NCBI GenBank assembly: GCA_964391975.1
Contig: CAYMNZ010000001.1
Location: 262,978 to 326,977 of the forward strand
DNA length: 64,000 nucleotides
Direction: 5' to 3'
Origin: an uncultured Candidatus Saccharibacteria bacterium
GTDB lineage: Bacteria > Patescibacteriota > Minisyncoccia > Phycocordibacterales > Phycocordibacteraceae
Shown piece after piece: positions 18,867-31,491 of the stretch. The notes below the pieces were generated by a model that was not told where the DNA came from, did not search any database, and saw nothing but the letters and a program-made list of their open reading frames with translations. Every line of letters starts with the position of its first letter. The stretch's first letter is position 1. A program made the position numbers and the translations under genes.

Positions 18867-19313
18867 ATGGACGCGCTCTTCGAGGCATTCGGCATAGACT
18901 GGAAACTCCTCATCGCTCAGGCGGTGAACTTCGGAGTGCTCTTTGTGGCACTCTGGTTCCTTCTCTACAAGCCGGTAATGAAAACCCTTGATGAGCGTGC
19001 CAAGAAAATTGCACAGGGAGTTGATGACGCTGAGCGAGCTTCTGAGAAGCTTGCTGGCGCTGATGTCGCTGCAGCAAAGGTAGTCGCAGAAGCAGATGCT
19101 AAGGGCGCAGAAGCGCTTGCCTCTGCACGTGAAGCTGCTGCAACAGAGCGAGCACGCCTTGTGAAAGACGCTGAAGCTCGCGCTGAAGCAATCTCAAAGG
19201 ATGCAGATGCTCGTGCGAAGGAGGTCGCTGCTAAGGCACTTAAGGAGAGTGAGAAGGAAATTGCACGCCTTGCAGTTCTTGCGGCCGCGAAGGTGGTGGG
19301 AGAGCGCAACTAA
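18867..19313 (+). CDS. atpF: F0F1 ATP synthase subunit b
   Basis: N-terminal TM helix followed by a long Ala/Glu/Lys-rich helix. Operon position. Confidence 0.8.
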   Translation: MDALFEAFGIDWKLLIAQAVNFGVLFVALWFLLYKPVMKTLDERAKKIAQGVDDAERASEKLAGADVAAAKVVAEADAKGAEALASAREAAATERARLVKDAEARAEAISKDADARAKEVAAKALKESEKEIARLAVLAAAKVVGERN

Positions 19314-19315
19314 CT

Positions 19316-19684
19316 ATGGAGAACGTCTACGCAACCGTCGTCACTCGCCTTCTTGCTTCTGGCAAGAAAGAGGATGAGGTTGTGAAGAATCTCCTTGCGC
19401 ACCTCAAAGAGAAGGGGCGCCTGAAGCTCCTTCCAGCAATTCTTCGAGCCCTTAAGTTAGAAGAGGAGCGTGGTCAAACACTTGGAGCCACGGTAGAAGT
19501 TGCTCGCGAAGAGGACGCCAAGGCTGCACTTGCTGAAGCAAAGACACTCGGCATTGATGCAGAGACAGCGGTTGTGAATCCCATCCTCCTTTCTGGATGG
19601 CGTGCACGAAAGGAAGGGGTGCTGGTGGATAGAAGCGGGAAGCGCGCGCTAACCGACATCTACCGCGCCGCAGTGAAAGCGTAA
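19316..19684 (+). CDS. atpH: F0F1 ATP synthase subunit delta (short form)
   Basis: OSCP/delta-like. Sits between atpF and atpA. 122 aa. Confidence 0.65.
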   Translation: MENVYATVVTRLLASGKKEDEVVKNLLAHLKEKGRLKLLPAILRALKLEEERGQTLGATVEVAREEDAKAALAEAKTLGIDAETAVVNPILLSGWRARKEGVLVDRSGKRALTDIYRAAVKA

Positions 19685-19710
19685 CTTTATTACTTACTTT
19701 AGAAGAACGT

Positions 19711-21261
19711 ATGCAGAGCATCATAAAGAAAATCGAGAAGGAGATTGCTGACTTCGCACCAAGCACTGGTGCGGAAGAGTCCGGCATCGTTCGCGCCACC
19801 GGTGACGGTATCGCGGAGATTGATGGCCTCGACAAGGCAATCATGACTGAAATGGTGCTCTTCGACCCTACGTTCGATCGTACGCTTGAGGAAGCGCTCA
19901 AGGACTCTGACCCAATCTACGGACTGGTGCTGAACCTTGAAGAGGATGGGGTGCGCGCCGCCATTCTTGGAGATGCTTCAAAAGTGTACGAAGGCATGCT
20001 CGTTCGTCGTCTTGGTCGCCTCCTCTCCATCCCGGTAGGCGATTCGCTTGTTGGACGCGTGGTGAACCCACTTGGTGAGCCTGTTGATGGCAAGGGCCCA
20101 ACGGGCGCTACCAAGTTCACGCCGATTGAGCGCGAAGCGTATGGTGTGATTGATCGTGCTCCGGTGAACGTTCCACTTCACACGGGTATCAAGGCAATTG
20201 ATGCCATGGTGCCAATTGGTCGTGGTCAGCGCGAGCTCATCATTGGTGACCGCGGCGTTGGAAAGACCACCGTTGCTATCGACACCATTCTCAACCAGAA
20301 GTCTGAGGACCCTGCAACGCGTCCTATTTGTATCTACGTTGCCATCGGTCAGAAGGAATCCAAGACTGCAAAGATTGTTGCTGAGCTCGAAGAGGCAGGA
20401 GCAATGGAGTACACGATTGTCGTCACGGCTCCAGCATCAAGTCCTGCAGCACTCCAGTTCCTTGCACCGTTCTCAGGGGCAGCAATTGGTGAGCACTTCA
20501 TGGATGCTGGCAAGGATGCGCTCGTGATTTACGACGACCTTTCCAAGCAGGCAGTGGCGTATCGCCAGATGTCGCTTCTTCTTCGCCGTCCTCCGGGCCG
20601 CGAGGCATACCCAGGAGACGTCTTCTACCTGCACTCTCGTCTTCTTGAGCGTGCGGCAAAGCTTTCCAAGGAAAAGGGAGGTGGCTCATTGACCGCGCTT
20701 CCTATCATTGAGACACAGGAAGGCGATATCTCGGCCTACATTCCAACGAACGTGATTTCGATTACGGACGGTCAGATTTTCCTTCTCACCGATCTCTTCA
20801 ACAAGGGTATGCGTCCTGCTATCGACAGCGGTAACTCCGTATCGCGCGTGGGTTCTGCCGCACAGACCAAGGCTATGAAGAAGGTGTCTGGAAAGATTAA
20901 GCTGGAGCTCGCGCAGTTCCGTGAACTTGAAGCCTTCATGCAGTTCTCTTCTGACCTTGATGAGAACACCAAGAAGCAGATTGACGGTGGGCGCCGCCTC
21001 ACTGAGGTGCTCAAGCAGACCAACGGCAAGCCACTTCCGTTCGAGATGGAATCAGCCGTTATCTTTGCTGCGGTGAACGGCTACTTCGACACGTTCTCGC
21101 CAGACGACACGAGTGCACTTGAGCGCAAGCTCCAGGACTACCTCACCCGCGAAGGCAAGGATGTGCTCTCGGGTATTCGTGAGAAGCGTGAGATTACCGA
21201 AGACATCGAGAGCAAGCTCCGTTCGCTTCTTGATACCTTTGTTGCAACTGCGAAGGCATAA
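19711..21261 (+). CDS. atpA: F0F1 ATP synthase subunit alpha
   Basis: GDRGVGKT Walker A and an alpha-specific C-terminus. Confidence 0.95.
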   Translation: MQSIIKKIEKEIADFAPSTGAEESGIVRATGDGIAEIDGLDKAIMTEMVLFDPTFDRTLEEALKDSDPIYGLVLNLEEDGVRAAILGDASKVYEGMLVRRLGRLLSIPVGDSLVGRVVNPLGEPVDGKGPTGATKFTPIEREAYGVIDRAPVNVPLHTGIKAIDAMVPIGRGQRELIIGDRGVGKTTVAIDTILNQKSEDPATRPICIYVAIGQKESKTAKIVAELEEAGAMEYTIVVTAPASSPAALQFLAPFSGAAIGEHFMDAGKDALVIYDDLSKQAVAYRQMSLLLRRPPGREAYPGDVFYLHSRLLERAAKLSKEKGGGSLTALPIIETQEGDISAYIPTNVISITDGQIFLLTDLFNKGMRPAIDSGNSVSRVGSAAQTKAMKKVSGKIKLELAQFRELEAFMQFSSDLDENTKKQIDGGRRLTEVLKQTNGKPLPFEMESAVIFAAVNGYFDTFSPDDTSALERKLQDYLTREGKDVLSGIREKREITEDIESKLRSLLDTFVATAKA

Positions 21262-21269
21262 CAATCTTC

Positions 21270-22178
21270 ATGGCTCTTAAGGACATCAAAGCAAAGATAG
21301 GGGCGACCAAGCGCATGCACACGGTGACCCGTGCCATGGAGGCCGTCTCTGCCGTAAAGATGCGCAAGACGCAGGCGACCGCTCTCTCTGGTCGTCCGTA
21401 TGCTCGCGCAGCACTTTCAATCCTTGGACGTCTTTCAGGAGCCGAGGACATCAGGCGCCACCCGCTTGCTAACGAGCGCCCTGTGAACAAAATGGCGCTT
21501 GTGGTGCTTACCTCTGACAAGGGACTTGCTGGTGCGCTCAACAGCGGCGTTATAAAGCTTGCAGCCCTTGAGGCCAACAAGTACCCGAAGGAGAGCATCT
21601 CAGTTATTGCGTACGGAAAGAAAGGTGAGGAGTACTTCGCACGTCGTGGCTACAACGTGGTGAAGGCAGTTGAGAACAAGCGCGACGACGTCCCACTGTC
21701 GGTCATGGAAGAAATTTCCCGCGAGCTCTCAACTGGCTTCCTTCGCCAGGATTACGACAAAGTGGTAGCGGTCTACAGCAACTTCAAATCTACCTTTGAG
21801 CAGGTGCCCACAGCTCACACACTCTTGCCGCTTACGCTTCCTTCTATTGCAGAGCTTGTCCGCAAAATTAAGCCCGCAAAAGGAAAGTGGAGCAATGATG
21901 TTGAGCTGGCGGCTCCTTCTTCCTACATGGTGGAGTCCAGTGGCGACGAAATCATGCACGTTCTTGTGCCACGTCTTGTTGCGGTCTCGCTCTACTACAT
22001 GCTTCTTGAGTCAAAGGCCTCCGAACACTCCGCCCGCATGGTCGCTATGAAGAGCGCCTCTGACAAATCGAAGGAGGTGGCTCGTGACCTGACACGCCTC
22101 TTTAACAAGGTGCGTCAGGCGGCCATCACGCGAGAGGTGTCGGAGATTGTGGGCGGCAGGGAGGCCTTAGCAACGTAA
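21270..22178 (+). CDS. atpG: F0F1 ATP synthase subunit gamma
   Basis: Conserved gamma N- and C-terminal helices (IKAKIGATKRM..., ...ITREVSEIVGG). Confidence 0.9.
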   Translation: MALKDIKAKIGATKRMHTVTRAMEAVSAVKMRKTQATALSGRPYARAALSILGRLSGAEDIRRHPLANERPVNKMALVVLTSDKGLAGALNSGVIKLAALEANKYPKESISVIAYGKKGEEYFARRGYNVVKAVENKRDDVPLSVMEEISRELSTGFLRQDYDKVVAVYSNFKSTFEQVPTAHTLLPLTLPSIAELVRKIKPAKGKWSNDVELAAPSSYMVESSGDEIMHVLVPRLVAVSLYYMLLESKASEHSARMVAMKSASDKSKEVARDLTRLFNKVRQAAITREVSEIVGGREALAT

Positions 22179-22180
22179 TT

Positions 22181-23954
<1,774 letters not shown>

Positions 23955-23955
<1 letters not shown>

Positions 23956-24203
23956 TGGCTAAGACCTTTCATCTCACTGTTGCGCGTATCGGAGAGAACC
24001 TCTTCGATGGTGAGGCGGTATCCGTTTCTCTTCCAGGAGTGGAGGGTGTCTTCGTCGTCCTTGCCGGGCACGAAGCATTCGTTACAGAGTTAAAGGAAGG
24101 GGAGGCAAAGATTGAAGCCGCTGATGGAACCAGACACCATGTGCCGATACACCAAGGTGGAGTCGCGGAAGTGTCGGGAGGGCAGGCAACAGTGCTTCTG
24201 TAA
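23955..24203 (+). CDS. atpC: F0F1 ATP synthase subunit epsilon (beta-sandwich only)
   Basis: N-terminal epsilon domain. Only 82 aa, lacking the C-terminal helices. Confidence 0.75.
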
Positions 24204-24250
24204 TCCACAGATACGCTTGCGATTACCACTCTACGTGTCATGCTTAAAGT

Positions 24251-24670
24251 ATGAGTGAAGACGTTCCCTTCCACGTGCAGATGCCACACCGCCCTCCGCG
24301 GCACTACTACGGCGATATCGTTCGCATTCTCTTCGTCGTTGCCGCAGTGATTCTCTTTGCGATGCAATTCACGGGCATTCGCCTGCCGTTTTCGGCTTTC
24401 GGTTCTATCATGATGATTATCGTGCTCGTGATTGCTGCCGGACTTACTAATCCTGTGCAGACCTGGATTCACTGGACCAATATCTTTATAGCGGGCTTCT
24501 GCCTTCTTCTTTTCGGAGGATTAGCATTGTCCCGTTTCCAGACACAGGCAGCTTTGTTCCCGGACGGTATCCTCATTGGTGTGCTCGCGATGATGTTTTT
24601 GGTTGCACTCTATTCGGCTGTAAAGACACTTCGTGGCATTCTCATGCGTGACGCGCCTGAGATTCGTTAA
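24251..24670 (+). CDS. hypothetical membrane protein
   Basis: About 4 TM helices. Confidence 0.45.
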   Translation: MSEDVPFHVQMPHRPPRHYYGDIVRILFVVAAVILFAMQFTGIRLPFSAFGSIMMIIVLVIAAGLTNPVQTWIHWTNIFIAGFCLLLFGGLALSRFQTQAALFPDGILIGVLAMMFLVALYSAVKTLRGILMRDAPEIR

Positions 24671-24675
24671 GGTAA

Positions 24676-24695
24676 CGCCCCTACGGGCGCTTTTC
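24676..24695 (+). terminator. weak candidate terminator
   Basis: CGCCC-CTAC-GGGCG hairpin followed by CTTTTCG. Confidence 0.3.
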
Positions 24696-24715
24696 GTATA
24701 TGGTAGAATCCCTGG

Positions 24716-24943
24716 ATGAGTATTCAGGGATTTTTGCTTCGCCAAGTTGCGAAGATGAAAATGAAGAATGTGCCGGCTGGGCAGCGGGACCAGATTATTG
24801 GATTCCTTGAAAAGGACCCGGAGCTGATGAAGAAGATTGGGGATGAGATTGACCGCAGAGTTAAGAAAGGAGGAGAGAATCAGATGAAAGCCTCGATGGA
24901 GGTTATGAAGAAATATCGTAAGGAGTTGAGTCAGCTCATGTAA
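24716..24943 (+). CDS. small hypothetical protein
   Basis: 75 aa Lys-rich ORF preceded by a TAGAAT -10-like box. Confidence 0.3.
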   Translation: MSIQGFLLRQVAKMKMKNVPAGQRDQIIGFLEKDPELMKKIGDEIDRRVKKGGENQMKASMEVMKKYRKELSQLM

Positions 24944-24945
24944 CC

Positions 24946-25467
24946 ATGCTGCCGCTTACTGCAGAGGGACTACTCATGATTCACGCGCTTGGCGCCGCGC
25001 TCGGTGCTGCGGGAGTGACCTTTGCCGAGTTGTTCTACACGCAGGCGGTCGTTGATGGAAAGATTGATACCTGCGAGAAAAAACACATCGAGCACACGCT
25101 CTGGGCACTACAGTGGGGTGTTTCAATCATGGTGCTTGCAGGCATTGGCCTCATCATTGTTGAGTATTTCCTTCCGTACTCTGAGCAAACTGTGCTTACT
25201 GCGCCGTTCTGGATGATTCACACACTTACCGTTGTGGTCATTGTGTTTGGTTTCCTAATCTCCCGCAATCTAGTGCCGTGGTGGCTTGGTTCCGCTGCTG
25301 CATTCTCTGCGTGGTGGATGATGCTTGCGCTTCATGCCTGGAGGACGATTCCCCTAGGATACCTTGCGCTCTGGCTTGCCTACGTGCTTGTTACCGCTGC
25401 TGCAATCTGCATTTTCCCGTACATCCGCTCCTTCCTTATTGACCGAGAGAAGCGTTCTCGCACATGA
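24946..25467 (+). CDS. hypothetical membrane protein (4 TM)
   Basis: Hydrophobic helices. Confidence 0.45.
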   Translation: MLPLTAEGLLMIHALGAALGAAGVTFAELFYTQAVVDGKIDTCEKKHIEHTLWALQWGVSIMVLAGIGLIIVEYFLPYSEQTVLTAPFWMIHTLTVVVIVFGFLISRNLVPWWLGSAAAFSAWWMMLALHAWRTIPLGYLALWLAYVLVTAAAICIFPYIRSFLIDREKRSRT

Positions 25468-26051
25468 AAAAGATTCTCGTCTTGCTCGGACATCCGAACA
25501 CGGACACGCTTTCGGGGCATCTTGCGAGTGTCTATGCTGAGGCCGCTACGCTTGCCGGGCACGAGGTACGACGCGTGAATCTCGGAGAACTTTCTTTCGA
25601 CCCTATTTTGCACAAAGGATATCGAGAGATACAGCCACTCGAACCGGATTTGCTTGCGCTCCAGGAGGATTTTAAATGGTGTGACCATCTGATGCTGGTG
25701 TATCCAATCTGGTGGCTCTCAGCTCCTGCGCTTCTGAAGGGTCTCATTGATCGTTTGTGGCTTCCGGGTTTTGCGTTCCGTTATCACAAGAGCAAGAGCG
25801 GAAAACGACGATTGGGCTGGGACCAGTTACTTAAGGGCCGTACCGCACGGATGGTCGTGCTTATTCAAGCTTCGCCAATTCTCGAGTACCTTGCATTTGG
25901 TGATTTCACTAACGAAATGGCGCACGGAACACTCGGGTTTGCGGGTATCAAGACGCACGTTTCTAAGGTAGGACATAGTGAGACCTTGAGCCCCAAGGCG
26001 CTAGGTAAGTGGGAAGAGAAGATGCGGAAACTCGGTGCAAGGGCGAAATAA
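25464..26051 (+). CDS. flavodoxin-like NAD(P)H dehydrogenase (quinone) family protein
   Basis: KILVLLGHP..., DHLMLVYPIWW and a Flavodoxin_2 (MdaB/KefF-like) pattern. Confidence 0.7.
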   Translation: MKKILVLLGHPNTDTLSGHLASVYAEAATLAGHEVRRVNLGELSFDPILHKGYREIQPLEPDLLALQEDFKWCDHLMLVYPIWWLSAPALLKGLIDRLWLPGFAFRYHKSKSGKRRLGWDQLLKGRTARMVVLIQASPILEYLAFGDFTNEMAHGTLGFAGIKTHVSKVGHSETLSPKALGKWEEKMRKLGARAK

Positions 26052-26088
26052 CTTTGCGTTTCCTCCTCCTTTCCGTTAGGGTAGCCAG

Positions 26089-27186
26089 ATGCTAAAGATT
26101 GGAATCGTCGGACTCCCGAACGTCGGGAAGTCCACTCTGTTTAATGCGCTCACCAAGGCGGCAGTTCCTGCTGAGAACTACCCATTCTGTACGATTGACC
26201 CATCGGTAGGAGTTGTGGGTGTTCCTGATGCTCGCCTTGATCAACTTGCTCTGCTCTCGGGCTCTGAGAAAACGATTCCCGCAGCCATTGAGTTTGTGGA
26301 CATTGCAGGCCTCGTAAAGGGAGCATCCGAAGGGGAAGGGCTTGGCAACCAGTTCCTTTCCCATATCCGGGAGGTAGACGCCATCCTCCAAATGGTGCGG
26401 TTCTTTGAAGACGCAGATATTACTCACGTACACGGAGAGATTGACCCTGTGCGTGACATTGAGGTGATAAACCTCGAACTCACCCTTGCTGACCGTGATG
26501 GCGTTGCAAAGCGCCGCGAGAAGCTGATTCGTGATATTCGTGCAGGCCTTAAGGAGGCTCAGGCAGAGGATGCAGTACTCGCTAAGGTTGAACAGGCGCT
26601 TGAAATGGGCAAGCTTGCCAAGAGTGTTGCGCTCACCGAAGAAGAGGCAAAGCTGGTGAAGCACCTCAACCTTCTGACCTTGAAACCCATTCTCTATGCT
26701 TTTAACGGAAAGGCTGGAGGACACAACATTGCAGAGACTGGCGACGGGCGTGCCGCAAAAGCATACGAACTCGTTGAAAATCTTGGCAGCACCTTTGTGC
26801 ACGTGGACGCACGCACTGAGCATGAGCTCAATGATGTTGCCACAGGGGACAAGGACATGTTCCGTCAGGAACTTGGGGTACAGGTGGACGGTCTTGTTGA
26901 CCTTATTCGCAAGGCGTACGAAACTCTTGGGCTCATTACCTTCTTCACCACAGGCCCCAAGGAATCTCGCGCGTGGACGGTTGAAGAGGGTGCTACCGCA
27001 CCTGAAGCCGGCGCTGCTATTCACAACGACTTTAAAGACAAGTTTATTCGTGCAGAGGTTGTGGGATGGGACACACTGCTCGCTGATGGTTCCTGGAGCG
27101 CCTCCCGTGATAAAGGAAATCTTCGGACCGAAGGGAAGACCTACGTGGTTAAGGACGGAGACGTAATGGTGTTTCTCCACTCTTAG
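26089..27186 (+). CDS. ychF: redox-regulated ribosome-binding ATPase YchF
   Basis: [10 protein letters not shown]1 motif, a TGS-like C-terminus and a typical 365 aa length. Confidence 0.9.
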   Translation: MLKIGIVGLPNVGKSTLFNALTKAAVPAENYPFCTIDPSVGVVGVPDARLDQLALLSGSEKTIPAAIEFVDIAGLVKGASEGEGLGNQFLSHIREVDAILQMVRFFEDADITHVHGEIDPVRDIEVINLELTLADRDGVAKRREKLIRDIRAGLKEAQAEDAVLAKVEQALEMGKLAKSVALTEEEAKLVKHLNLLTLKPILYAFNGKAGGHNIAETGDGRAAKAYELVENLGSTFVHVDARTEHELNDVATGDKDMFRQELGVQVDGLVDLIRKAYETLGLITFFTTGPKESRAWTVEEGATAPEAGAAIHNDFKDKFIRAEVVGWDTLLADGSWSASRDKGNLRTEGKTYVVKDGDVMVFLHS

Positions 27187-27207
27187 CTCGGTGCTAGACT
27201 TTCACTT

Positions 27208-28422
27208 ATGAGAGACCGCGATCCACTTGAGGCAATCAGGCGGCGTATTGCAGCTGATCCTAAGCTTGCCGAAGAGGTTGCGCTTGAGAAGAAGCGAATG
27301 GAGCGCAGACAACTTCTTAAGTTCGGGGGCAGCGCAGCACTTATCGGCGCGGTGGGAACTGTGTTTGGCTTGAAGGCCGGTAACACTTGGAGGACGGGCT
27401 TCGGCTTTGTCGAAGCTGCACGAGCAGAATCAGCTCCGCGAGTTCCTTCGGAGCACTTTGAGCGTGCCAAGTCTTCCTTCAAGAAGGTGTACGGTTCTAT
27501 GGGTGCCGATCAGATTCTTTTCATTGACCATTTTGCTGCTCCTATTGGTCGAGAACGAACAGCTCCGCTCGTTGATGACCCAGAGAATCCAGGCAAAAGA
27601 CGTATTGACCAAACGTGGCTCAATGCAGAGCGGCAAAGGATTTGTGATGGGTGGCAACCCGTCTGCAATCCAGCAGAGGAGCTTCCGCGCCAAGTAAATG
27701 TAATTGGACACCTAGGTGGCCGCCCTGAAGGTACAACGTTCGTTGACATACTTGCAGACGCAGACCATGGAGGAAAAGAGTACGAGGGTACAACCCGCAT
27801 CAAATATGTTGCAGAAAACATAGGCATTCATGTTTCGATTGAAAATGGAGCCGTGCTGGATGAAGTTTGCCGTCTTATCCCTGCGCTCATTGGTCAGGAA
27901 TCATCGTATCGAGATGATGTTACCTCTGAGGCAGGGGCGCTCTCTTCAGTTCAGGGAATGCCAGAAACCATTGCAGACCTTGGGTACACCACTGAAGAGT
28001 TAAAGGATTTTAAAAAACAAATTGAATTTGTGGGAGCCGCCTTCTCGCAGAACTACAGTGCAATTACGAGAGTTGCGCGTCAGGAACTGAGCGATATTAA
28101 GAAGGAATTTTTCCCAGATGGTGAAGGCGCCGGGACGTTCGATCAAGATTTCCTTGCACCAGTAGTACTCAACGCTTACAACGCTGGTTCAGGGACCATG
28201 GTTGCCGTGCTGCGCTGGTTCCGCCAGAAGTACCCAGATCGTGCTGCCTATGTAAGAGCACACGGGCCACAACCTGTTGCTTTCGGTCGAGACCTCTTCC
28301 TTCGAATGACGCAGGAAGCATACTTTGATGCGGCAGTTGAGCTGTATGGCGAGCAATCCTGTCTTTACTGGATTGGTATTGAGGGACTTGCTGCTGAGAT
28401 GCAGGAACGGAATCTGTATTAG
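27208..28422 (+). CDS. hypothetical exported protein with a Tat-like signal; possible lytic transglycosylase-like motif
   Basis: RRQLLKFGGSAALIGA resembles an S/T-RRxFLK twin-arginine signal. LIGQESSY...SEAGA...GMPET resembles the SLT motif ES..-AGA-GLMQ, weakly. Confidence 0.45.
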   Translation: MRDRDPLEAIRRRIAADPKLAEEVALEKKRMERRQLLKFGGSAALIGAVGTVFGLKAGNTWRTGFGFVEAARAESAPRVPSEHFERAKSSFKKVYGSMGADQILFIDHFAAPIGRERTAPLVDDPENPGKRRIDQTWLNAERQRICDGWQPVCNPAEELPRQVNVIGHLGGRPEGTTFVDILADADHGGKEYEGTTRIKYVAENIGIHVSIENGAVLDEVCRLIPALIGQESSYRDDVTSEAGALSSVQGMPETIADLGYTTEELKDFKKQIEFVGAAFSQNYSAITRVARQELSDIKKEFFPDGEGAGTFDQDFLAPVVLNAYNAGSGTMVAVLRWFRQKYPDRAAYVRAHGPQPVAFGRDLFLRMTQEAYFDAAVELYGEQSCLYWIGIEGLAAEMQERNLY

Positions 28423-28445
28423 GGGTTCTGCTATACTTTCCAGAT

Positions 28446-28979
28446 ATGACACAGAACCACCCTAAATTTGTCCGCTGGGCCGTGATGCTTGGAATCGTTA
28501 TTGCCCTCAACCTCTTCTTCTTTGCGGCGCGTGCGCTCATCCTCCCCGAGCCAAACTATGAGGACTACTGCCCAGTCAATCTGCAGCCGGCAGCAAGTGA
28601 GCAGGCGTGTGTTGCTCAAGATGGTGTTTGGGTCGCCACTCCTGACAACGCACAGGTCACTGCGGTCGTGAAGCCAAGCCCTGAAGGGTACTGTGACCTC
28701 TACCAAAAGTGCCAGCCGCTCTATGACGAGGCGCAGAAGGAGTATCAGATGTATGCGTTTGCCATCATGCTCGGGCTCGGCATTATCTCCATCATTGTTG
28801 GAGTGCTTCCAATCGGCTCCTCTATTGTCTCAACAGGTCTCTCCTATGGAGGTGTGCTTGCGCTTATCATCGCTGCCTTCGGGTACTGGGGGGAGGCAGG
28901 AAACCTACTCCGTCTCCTTATGTCAGTGATTGCTCTTGGCGCTCTCCTCTACATCGGCATCAAGCGCTTCAGAGACTAG
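28446..28979 (+). CDS. hypothetical membrane protein
   Basis: An N-terminal TM helix and two C-terminal TM helices. Confidence 0.45.
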   Translation: MTQNHPKFVRWAVMLGIVIALNLFFFAARALILPEPNYEDYCPVNLQPAASEQACVAQDGVWVATPDNAQVTAVVKPSPEGYCDLYQKCQPLYDEAQKEYQMYAFAIMLGLGIISIIVGVLPIGSSIVSTGLSYGGVLALIIAAFGYWGEAGNLLRLLMSVIALGALLYIGIKRFRD

Positions 28980-29003
28980 TGGTACAGGGAGTGCGTATCA
29001 ATT

Positions 29004-31439
29004 ATGGCTAAGCCTACTTACGACCACGCTCAGATAGAGAAGTCCGCCCAAACTAAGTGGGCGGAAGCCAACCTGTTTGCAGCAGACGCGACAGAGTCGG
29101 GGAAAGACCCGTACTACCTGCTCTTTGAGTTCCCGTATCCCTCCGGTGACATCCACATTGGGCACTGGTACGCCTTCGCGCTTACTGACATCTATGCGCG
29201 CTACCTCAGGATGAAAGGAAAGAATGTGCTCTTCCCAATAGGCTTCGATGCATTCGGGCTTCCGGCAGAGAATGCTGCCATTCGCAATGGGGTGGACCCA
29301 CGTGATTGGACCTACGCCAACATGGAGCGCATGCGAGAGCAAATTAAGAGCATGGGCACGTCTGTTGATTGGGAGCGCGAGGTTATTACCTGTGAGCCCA
29401 GTTACTACAAGTGGACGCAGTGGCTTTTCGGGAAACTCTACGAACACAAGCTTGCTGAACGAAAGGAAGCGCCGGTGAAATGGTGTCCTAAAGACCAGAC
29501 CGTGCTTGCCAATGAGCAAGTCGTTGATGGTAAGTGTGAGCGCTGTGGGACCGATGTGGAGGAACGCAGACTTACCCAGTGGTTCTTTAAGATTACTGAA
29601 TACGCAGAGCGTCTCCTCAACGACCTGGACGCACTTCCATGGCGCGAGGATATCAAGGATGCGCAGCGTGCGTGGATAGGGAAGTCTGAAGGAGCAAAGG
29701 TGTACTTCCCCCTTACGTTTGTACGAAATCCTGAGCACAACGATAAGCGTGATAATGAGGGTAACCCTGCGCGAGTTCCCGTTTTTACCACGCGACCTGA
29801 CACGCTCTTTGGAGCAACGTACCTCGTTCTTGCGCCTGACCATCAATGGGTGACCCTTGCCACCGATGACGCTCATGATGTTGTGGGTAACAAGCAGGAG
29901 GTAAAAGACTATGTTGAGGCGACTCGTAAGAAAACTGAACGGGAACGTTCAGAAAACAAAGACAAGACGGGCGTGAAGATTGAAGGAGTTGTTGCGATTA
30001 ATCCTGCCACTGGAGAGGAAATTCCTATGTACGTGGCTGACTACGTGCTCGCTTCCTATGGTACGGGAGCGGTGATGGCTGTTCCAGCGCATGACGAACG
30101 CGACTTCGAGTTTGCCACCAAATACAGTCTTCCCATAAAAACAGTCATCGAAGGCGGTGTTCCTGGCTCCTTGTTTACCGACGGAGGAACGTTACTCGAC
30201 TCAGGAGAGTTTACAGGAATGGATAACGAGGAAGCGAAAGCAAAGATTACTGAAAAGGTGAATGGTGAGATGGTAACTAATTACCGTATCCGTGACTGGC
30301 TTATCTCCCGACAGCGCTACTGGGGGTGTCCAATTCCAGTGGTGTACGACCCTGAGGGCGTCGCCCATTTAATCCCAGAAGAGCACCTGCCGTGGCTTCT
30401 GCCTACCGATGTTGACTTCAACTCAGGGGACAAAGCACCGCTCGCTTCGTCTACAGAGTTAAAGGAACGTGTCGAGAAGCTCTTTGGTCCTGGATGGACG
30501 CCGGAGTTAGATACGCTTGATACCTTTGTCGACTCATCGTGGTACTACCTTCGCTACCTCACTCCAAAGGACGAGAACAAGTTTTCTGATGCTGCACTCA
30601 TGGAGAAGTGGCTCCCCGTTGATCGCTACTCCGGCGGGAGCGAGCACACCACCATGCATCTTCTCTATGCACGCTTCTTTCACAAGGCGCTCTACGACCT
30701 TGCCTTGGTGCCGACTCCGGAGCCATTTAATGAACGTTTCAATCGCGGCATTATTTTGGGACCTGACGGAGCAAAGATGTCGAAGTCAAAAGGAAACGTG
30801 GTTAACCCCGATGAGTTTGTTGGGAAGTATGGGGCTGATGCGGTACGCATGTACCTTGCTTTCATAGGCCCTTACAACGAGCCGGGGCACTACCCTTGGA
30901 ACCTCGATGGGGTTGAGTCTATGCGTCGCTTCCTCGATCGTGTGAACCTTCTTACCGAGAAGTTCTCTGACGACGAGCCGCCTGCAGAGTGGACCCGCGC
31001 CTTTAGCAAATCAGCTAAAAAGGTCGCTGAGGATACTGAGCGCTTTAAGTTCAATACGGCCATCTCCTTCCTTATGACAGCGCTACGTGACCTGGAGAGT
31101 CTCCCTGAAGTACCCAAGAGTGCCTTCCAGGAGTATCTAAAGCTCCTTGCTCCCTTCGCTCCACACCTCTCAGAACACCTCTGGGAGCTCTCAGGAGGGG
31201 AAGGGAGTGTGCATTCCGCCTCTTGGCCTGAGACCATCGACGTTGTAGAGGATACGGCTACGGTGGTGGTGCAGGTGAATGGCAAACGGCGAGGTGAATT
31301 GGAACTTTCTCTCGTGATTTCCCAGGAAGAGGCGGTACGATTGGCTATGGAACTTGCTCCGGTGGCGAGCGCTCTTGAAGGGAAGGCAACCAAAAGGGTC
31401 ATCTACGTTCCTGGAAAGATACTCAACCTGGTCGTATAG
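29004..31439 (+). CDS. leuS: leucyl-tRNA synthetase
   Basis: HIGH-like P-x-x-x-H-I-G-H motif, KMSKS, and editing and anticodon-binding domains. Confidence 0.95.
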   Translation: MAKPTYDHAQIEKSAQTKWAEANLFAADATESGKDPYYLLFEFPYPSGDIHIGHWYAFALTDIYARYLRMKGKNVLFPIGFDAFGLPAENAAIRNGVDPRDWTYANMERMREQIKSMGTSVDWEREVITCEPSYYKWTQWLFGKLYEHKLAERKEAPVKWCPKDQTVLANEQVVDGKCERCGTDVEERRLTQWFFKITEYAERLLNDLDALPWREDIKDAQRAWIGKSEGAKVYFPLTFVRNPEHNDKRDNEGNPARVPVFTTRPDTLFGATYLVLAPDHQWVTLATDDAHDVVGNKQEVKDYVEATRKKTERERSENKDKTGVKIEGVVAINPATGEEIPMYVADYVLASYGTGAVMAVPAHDERDFEFATKYSLPIKTVIEGGVPGSLFTDGGTLLDSGEFTGMDNEEAKAKITEKVNGEMVTNYRIRDWLISRQRYWGCPIPVVYDPEGVAHLIPEEHLPWLLPTDVDFNSGDKAPLASSTELKERVEKLFGPGWTPELDTLDTFVDSSWYYLRYLTPKDENKFSDAALMEKWLPVDRYSGGSEHTTMHLLYARFFHKALYDLALVPTPEPFNERFNRGIILGPDGAKMSKSKGNVVNPDEFVGKYGADAVRMYLAFIGPYNEPGHYPWNLDGVESMRRFLDRVNLLTEKFSDDEPPAEWTRAFSKSAKKVAEDTERFKFNTAISFLMTALRDLESLPEVPKSAFQEYLKLLAPFAPHLSEHLWELSGGEGSVHSASWPETIDVVEDTATVVVQVNGKRRGELELSLVISQEEAVRLAMELAPVASALEGKATKRVIYVPGKILNLVV

Positions 31440-31491
31440 GGCCTAGACTTGCGCTCTTTGGCGCTTCGTGGTATAAATTAGAACACAAAAC

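Noticed and set aside
18965-19309. 114 aa Ala/Ser-rich minus-strand ORF
   Set aside because: Antisense of the Ala/Glu-rich atpF helix. It is a compositional artefact.
26092-27180. 362 aa ORF on the minus strand, fully antisense to ychF
   Set aside because: The sense strand encodes an unmistakable YchF GTPase (G1 motif, TGS domain). The antisense frame is low-complexity and Cys/Leu-rich, consistent with a stop-free shadow ORF.
28998-29876. 292 aa minus-strand ORF overlapping the leuS 5' region
   Set aside because: It is antisense to the LeuS catalytic domain, which carries HIGH/KMSKS. It has no independent signals.
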